32,000 nt of DNA from Xylella taiwanensis (GTDB taxonomy: Bacteria > Pseudomonadota > Gammaproteobacteria > Xanthomonadales > Xanthomonadaceae), in contig NZ_CP053627.1 of the NCBI RefSeq assembly GCF_013177435.1, positions 2,670,001-2,702,000 on the forward strand. Direction: 5' to 3'. How positions within the stretch are numbered: the first letter of the stretch is position 1; each line of letters starts with the position of its first letter. This document shows positions 27,312 through 32,000 of the stretch, in pieces. A model generated the notes under the pieces. It worked only from the letters and a program-made list of their open reading frames with translations. It was not told the origin of the DNA and made no database searches. The position numbers and the translations under genes are program-made.

Positions 27312-27389
27312 GTGGTCAGATCGTCAGTAAAACGTCCATTAGCTTGCCGCATCCCCTCGGTATGGACAATAAAGCGAGATGCCACCGTT

Positions 27390-28429
27390 CAATAGCTACT
27401 GATCATGTATCACTACCTCTGCCGGGAGAACAAGCAACGCACCGACATAAGCCATACAAGTATTGCGCAGCGTCTGCAGGTCGTCCCTCTTGTTGACATC
27501 AACACCAACCTTCCGCCGGCGTAGCCACTTGCCAACGCACACAGTTCAACGTTCATTCAAGTAACAGCTTCCTCTTGCAACATCAGATCAGCCTGGAAAT
27601 CCTGACAATGTACGCGGAAGCCGGACGAGATCGATATCAACGGCGCGCGAACATCGTTGCATCACTTGTATCCGTCATCCGCTTCGGATGTTGCGAACGT
27701 CGAATCCATCGCTGCCAAGTGACAACAGCACGTTGTGGATGTTCGTGAACACCGCCAGAGAACGGATATTAGATCCGACCGATGCCTGCTGCAGGACTGC
27801 ACCCGCCACTCACGTCCAAAATTTGTCTGAGTCCCATTGCCGTGGCACATGTCGAAATCGATCATCGCGATCCGCCACAGACCATCCATCAAATACCCTC
27901 TGCACGCCAGGCACTTGGGATAACCCTGACAGGAATCCACACAAGACGGGATGCGTGAAAAGCAGCGCTTGATTCAGCCAATGCCAGAGACCGGCGTAAC
28001 GATCACGCCACGGTGGTGAGATATGCGCAGCACCACAGCATTTCACTCAAGATCAGCAGGAGTGACAGGTCGGAAGTTTATTGAAATCACCGATGACCTG
28101 TAGGCGCACCGCCCCAATGGCAATGGCACCGGTACGCCGGTCTTACACTCAACACGGCACGTCAGCATGCATATGCCATTAAAATCAGCTTCCAGTGTTT
28201 GATGCCGGCATCGCACATCACAACGTCACCGCAGAATGTGCGATCCCCCCCTCCAACCCGAATCAGCAATGTTGTATCGCTCAACACAAGGGCATGCCAT
28301 AACAGATCCAACAACACTGGAAGCAAGCTAATCATCGAGTCGACCTTGTCGACCATCACTCAGATGCAACCGGTGTCGCACCACACGGATACTGTTGTCG
28401 CCTCCGGTCCGATCATCCCTATGCGATAA
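27390..28429 (+). pseudogene. pepP: Frameshifted, stop-riddled remnant of Xaa-Pro aminopeptidase PepP (M24B), in the conserved pepP-ubiH-visC position
   Basis: PepP-like islands occur in the correct order but in three different frames.
- 27408..27425: YHYLCR vs FYYLTG.
- 27829..27912: ESHCRGTCRNRSSRSATDHPSNTLCTPG vs E.H.EGE....F.R.GA..PSYNTIVGSG, with identical spacing.
- 27942..28019: QDGMREKQRLIQPMPETGVTITPRW* vs RDGDLVLIDAG.EY.GY..DITRTF, with the same DG-to-IT spacing.
- 28201..28230: DAGIAHHNVT vs LGLDVHDVG.
- 28251..28301: LQPESAMLYRSTQGHAI vs LEPGMV.T.EPG.YI.
- 28373..28429: VSHHTDTVVASGPIIPMR* vs IRIEDDVLVT..G..LT.
Metal-ligand Asp/His/Glu positions are substituted, and in-frame taa/tga codons are present. 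The 5' limit is approximate. Confidence 0.55.
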
Positions 28430-28687
28430 ACCCCGCCCTCCTTTCGCAAGAGCCTATGCATCGTGCCAAGCAGGCAGCCCCAGAGGCCTATCAGTCCTGT
28501 AGCGCCGTACTGGGCAACGCGACCGGCTTACCGACAGCCAAGATTGGACACCGCGACCGCATGAATGTCCAAGAGACACACCCCCCTGGATCAAGCGACC
28601 CATGCAACGGCCAGCACCACCGCTAACCCTGATCGATGAAGCGGCGCACGGGTCCAATCTCAAGAGACGAACGCTTATCATGGCGCA

Positions 28688-29896
28688 ATGAATCAACTCC
28701 ATGATGTCTTGATCATCGGTGGCGGTTTAGTCGGCGCTAGCCTCGCGATCGCCCTGGACCGGATTGGCATGGACGTTGGCTTGGTCGAGGTCACTCCACC
28801 GGCCACGTTGCCAACAGTATTCGATGAACGCAACCTCTGTTTCGCCGCAGCTACGGTCAATGCGTTAGACGCACTCAAGGTCATGGCACGGATACGCCAC
28901 GCCGCCGGACCCATTCGGCGTATCCATGTGAGCCGCACCGGCGACTTCGGCCGGGTGCTACTGGATGCTACGACCTATGGCCGTGACGACTTCGGCCACG
29001 TGGTCGTCGCACGTGATTTCGGTGAGGCTCTGGAAAGCCGACTCACCGAACTCGGTCAGCTGACCCGCTACCGCCCGGCACGCTGCATCGGCCTGACTCC
29101 AGTCACCGACGGCCTACGCGGAGTGCGCATCGCCAATGCCGACGGCGAACACCTATTACGTGCACGTCTGGTGGTCGGCGCCGATGGCACACATAGTACG
29201 GTGCGCCATCTGCTGCACATTGAGACGCAGGAGCACGATTACTGCCAGACACTTTTCGTCGCACGGGTACAAGCTACCCGCGTACCCGATGGAACCGCCT
29301 ACGAACGTTTCACCGAACACGGCCCTACCGCACTGTTGCCTCGCGCCGACCGCCACTATGGCGCGATTCATTGCGTCGCCCGTACCGAGGCCAATACAGT
29401 CGCTGCACTGGATGAGACCGGCTGGCTGACACGACTGCAACACGCCGCCAGCTGGCGTGCTGGCCGCTTCGTCGCCAGCGGCACGCGCAGCGCGTATCCA
29501 TTGGTGCAAGTGGTGGCACGTCGTCTGACCGCCGAACGTGTCGTGCTGCTCGGCAACGCCGCACAGACGCTGCACCCGATGGGTGCCCAGGGCTTCAACC
29601 TGGGCCTGCGCGATGCGCTCACCTTGGCTGAACTGATCACCACTGATCACACCGACCCCGGCGCAACCACACTGCTTACTACCTATACATCACGGCGACA
29701 CACCGACCGCGAACAGACACTCGCGTTCTCTACCGGCTTGGCACGACTGACCAGCAACGGAGCGCCGCTGCTGCGGCCGCTGCGCAGTATCGGCCTGCTG
29801 GCGGCCTCTCACATCGGCGGGCTGCAAGCACGCCTGGTGAGCGGCGCGATGGGCTTCCGTGGCGAGGTACCCCACCTGTGTCGCAACAACGTATGA
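28688..29896 (+). CDS. ubiH: FAD-dependent ubiquinone-biosynthesis hydroxylase, UbiH-type (2-octaprenyl-6-methoxyphenol hydroxylase family)
   Basis: 402 aa. FAD GxGxxG motif DVLIIGGGLVGASLAIAL, DG motif VVGADGTHSTVR, family signature LLGNAAQTLHPMGAQGFNLGLRD. Position downstream of the pepP remnant, as in the E. coli pepP-ubiH-visC arrangement. Confidence 0.85.
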   Translation: MNQLHDVLIIGGGLVGASLAIALDRIGMDVGLVEVTPPATLPTVFDERNLCFAAATVNALDALKVMARIRHAAGPIRRIHVSRTGDFGRVLLDATTYGRDDFGHVVVARDFGEALESRLTELGQLTRYRPARCIGLTPVTDGLRGVRIANADGEHLLRARLVVGADGTHSTVRHLLHIETQEHDYCQTLFVARVQATRVPDGTAYERFTEHGPTALLPRADRHYGAIHCVARTEANTVAALDETGWLTRLQHAASWRAGRFVASGTRSAYPLVQVVARRLTAERVVLLGNAAQTLHPMGAQGFNLGLRDALTLAELITTDHTDPGATTLLTTYTSRRHTDREQTLAFSTGLARLTSNGAPLLRPLRSIGLLAASHIGGLQARLVSGAMGFRGEVPHLCRNNV

Positions 29897-31074
29897 GCCG
29901 GACTCACCGACCCGATGTGCTCGTGGCTGGTGGCGGGATCGTCGGCGCCGCCAGCGCCCTCGCCTTGGCAAAAACAGGATTACACGTGACCCTGATCGAA
30001 GGATGCGAACCGCCGCGTTGGCAGGCAACGGTTCCGGATGTGCGTGTATACGCATGTGCCCCAGACAGTGCAGCACTGCTGCACACATTAGGCGTATGGC
30101 CAGCGGTGCGCGCGACACGTGCACCGGCATACCATCGCATGCGTATCTGGGACAGTGGGGGAGGGGGCGAATTGTGCTTCGACGCCGCCACACTGGGCCG
30201 TGAACAACTCGGCTGGATCGTCGAGAACACCCTGCTGGTAAACCAACTGTGGGCCGGACTCGCTGAAGCAGGCGTACACCTGCATTGTCCGGCACGCATC
30301 ACCGCCTTGGAACAAGACACCGATAGCGTGCGTTTACGCTTGGAGGATGGTCGTCGGCTCGAAGCACGCCTGGCCATCGCTGCCGACGGCGCCGATTCCA
30401 CCTTGCGTCAATTGGCTCACCTGCCAGTACACCGACATGACTATGCACAGCAAGGTATCGTCGCCTTTGTCGCCACCGAATACCCACACGAAGCCACCGC
30501 CTGGCAACGCTTCTTGCCGACCGGACCATTAGCATTCCTGCCATTTACTGATGAGCGCAGCTCAATCGTCTGGACGCTCCCCGATGCCGAAGCAGAACGC
30601 GTCCTGGCACTGGACGAAACCGCATTCGCACGCGAACTGACCGCCGCATTCGGTGGGCGCCTTGGACAGGTAGAAGTGGTTTCGCCGCGAACGGCCTTCC
30701 CACTGCGCCGGCAACTGGCCACCGACTACATCGCCGGCCGTGTCCTGACACTGGGCGACGCTGCGCACGTCGTGCATCCATTGGCTGGACAGGGCGTCAA
30801 CCTCGGTTTGCGTGATGTCGCCGCGCTGCAGGCACTGATCCAGCAGGCGCAAACACGGCGTGCCGACTGGGCCGCACCACACCGGCTACAACGCTGGGCA
30901 CGTCAGCGCCGTAGCGATAACACCCTCGCCGCCTATACTTTTGATGCGATTAACCGGGTGTTTTCAAACGACACCTTTCACCTGACCCTGCTGCGTGGCG
31001 CGGCACTGGGCTTGGTCGACCGTCTGCCACCGCTGGTCCACGCCCTGTGGCGTCGCGCTTCAGGAATGCAGTGA
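29893..31074 (+). CDS. Second UbiH/UbiF/VisC(UbiI)-family FAD-dependent hydroxylase
   Basis: DVLVAGGGIVGAASALALAK, IAADGADSTLR, LGDAAHVVHPLAGQGVNLGLRD. ATG 29893 overlaps the ubiH stop as ATGA (the ORF track opens at GTG 29878). The exact paralogue (ubiF versus ubiI/visC) cannot be decided by eye. Confidence 0.85.
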   Translation: MSRTHRPDVLVAGGGIVGAASALALAKTGLHVTLIEGCEPPRWQATVPDVRVYACAPDSAALLHTLGVWPAVRATRAPAYHRMRIWDSGGGGELCFDAATLGREQLGWIVENTLLVNQLWAGLAEAGVHLHCPARITALEQDTDSVRLRLEDGRRLEARLAIAADGADSTLRQLAHLPVHRHDYAQQGIVAFVATEYPHEATAWQRFLPTGPLAFLPFTDERSSIVWTLPDAEAERVLALDETAFARELTAAFGGRLGQVEVVSPRTAFPLRRQLATDYIAGRVLTLGDAAHVVHPLAGQGVNLGLRDVAALQALIQQAQTRRADWAAPHRLQRWARQRRSDNTLAAYTFDAINRVFSNDTFHLTLLRGAALGLVDRLPPLVHALWRRASGMQ

Positions 31075-31257
31075 TCCCATCACCGCGACATGCATCCCCC
31101 AACGCTGCAGCGGGTGCGAGTGGCGCCCAATCACGTCTTCGCCACACATCGCGGATCGATACAGCCTGCCTCCTGATTCACCGCCGCTGTACCTGGGGTC
31201 GTCTCAAAAAACGGGGAAGTAAAGCACGCTAAGCCAGAAACAGTGTCCGTCTCTTGC

Positions 31258-32000
31258 TCAGATGGCTTCCCGTATCCGTCTGATATCGCGATTGGGTGGC
31301 TCTCCAAATAGCCGCCTGTATTCCCGACTAAACTGCGACGCACTCTCATACCCTACGCGCACCGCCGCGCTGCCCGCATCCAGGTTTTCGTTGAGCATCA
31401 GTTGCCGCGCATCTCGCAAGCGCAGATTCTTCAAATACTGCAAGGGGCTCATGCCAACTACAACGCGGAAATGCTGCCGGAAAGTTGCCGGACTCATGTG
31501 GGCTTTGGTCGCCAAATCATCCATCGCTACGTCCTCCGTATAGTGCTGCTTCAACCAGGTGACTACCTTGGCAATTTGCCGACTCGGTGTGCCGACTGCG
31601 ACGAGACGGCGCAAATTCGGACCATGCTCACCATTCAGTAGACGGACAACTATCTCCTGCTGAATCAAAGGAGCAAGAAGAGGGATGAGCTGCGGTTCAG
31701 CCAGGAGGCGGATTAACCGGGTCAATGCGTCCTGCAGACCTTCATCCAACGTCACGACGGATATCGCTCGCGTCGTTGCAACCTGGAGCGGCGTTGCAAA
31801 CTCCATCTCGGCGACCATCTGCGCAATGACGCGAGCATCCAACTCCAGCCTCACGCCGAGGTAAGGTTCAGTGGAGCTGGCACGCGTGACATATGACACG
31901 ACGGGCAGATCTACGGTCGTGACGAGGGATTGTCCAGCCACATAGTCAAAGATCGCATCGCCCAACGTCACCCGTTTGTCGCCCTGCACCGCCAGTCCAA
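31258..32000 (-). CDS. AraC-family transcriptional regulator (AraC_N-type ligand domain + HTH), N-terminus beyond the window edge
   Basis: C-terminal double HTH: DDLATKAHMSPATFRQHFRVVVGMSPLQYLKNLRLRDARQLM...VGYESASQFSREYRRLFGEPP. Upstream part: GDAIFDYVAGQSLVTTVDLPVVSYV...PYLGVRLELD. The frame stays open from 31989 to base 32000, so the gene is probably truncated by the window. Confidence 0.85.
   Translation of the reverse strand, partial: GLAVQGDKRVTLGDAIFDYVAGQSLVTTVDLPVVSYVTRASSTEPYLGVRLELDARVIAQMVAEMEFATPLQVATTRAISVVTLDEGLQDALTRLIRLLAEPQLIPLLAPLIQQEIVVRLLNGEHGPNLRRLVAVGTPSRQIAKVVTWLKQHYTEDVAMDDLATKAHMSPATFRQHFRVVVGMSPLQYLKNLRLRDARQLMLNENLDAGSAAVRVGYESASQFSREYRRLFGEPPNRDIRRIREAI

Noticed and set aside
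1-32000. Scan for CRISPR arrays, IS elements or transposases, integrases, phage genes, toxin-antitoxin pairs or known defence-system domains
   Set aside because: I saw no regularly spaced repeats, no terminal inverted repeats flanking ORFs, and no DDE/tyrosine-recombinase/nuclease-NTPase-type translations in any frame of the ORF track. The window appears to be core metabolic and envelope genes plus the glycosidase cluster.

Overview
This looks like a chromosomal, mostly core-genome window from a Xanthomonadaceae bacterium. Protein families and gene order are Xanthomonas/Xylella-like. Moderate GC, frequent A/T-ending codons and several decayed genes suggest a Xylella-like reduced genome (inference). 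Content, left to right:

1. A minus-strand cytoplasmic PAS-PAS histidine kinase, followed by what looks like a decayed receiver domain.
2. dadA plus alanine racemase (minus strand), and a divergent msrB.
3. A 15.4 kb co-directional block of seven exported glycoside hydrolases: GH18, GH20, GH2, GH3 (with PA14 insert), GH125, GH92, GH35. This is exactly the family order of the nixF-nixL N-glycan degradation cluster described in Xanthomonas campestris pv. campestris.
4. The lptD-surA-pdxA envelope operon (minus strand), convergent with the GH35 gene.
5. A 1.4 kb non-coding gap that I read as a frameshifted pepP pseudogene, followed by ubiH and a second UbiH/UbiF/VisC-family hydroxylase.
6. A partial AraC-family regulator at the right edge.

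I found no tRNA/rRNA genes, CRISPR arrays, IS/transposase, phage or recognisable defence genes. I do not see a convincing wholly new system. The best candidate for a system is the trimmed N-glycan glycosidase cluster, which starts directly after msrB with no GH29 fucosidase, TonB-dependent transporter or regulator in the window.

Secondary points:
- two gene-decay remnants (pepP and a receiver domain)
- a palindrome plus an 18-nt tandem repeat just upstream of the cluster
- very strong C+A excess on the + strand in all large spacers
- a patchy GC-skew mosaic across the glycosidase genes

All calls rest on reading the translations and motifs by eye. No database search was run.
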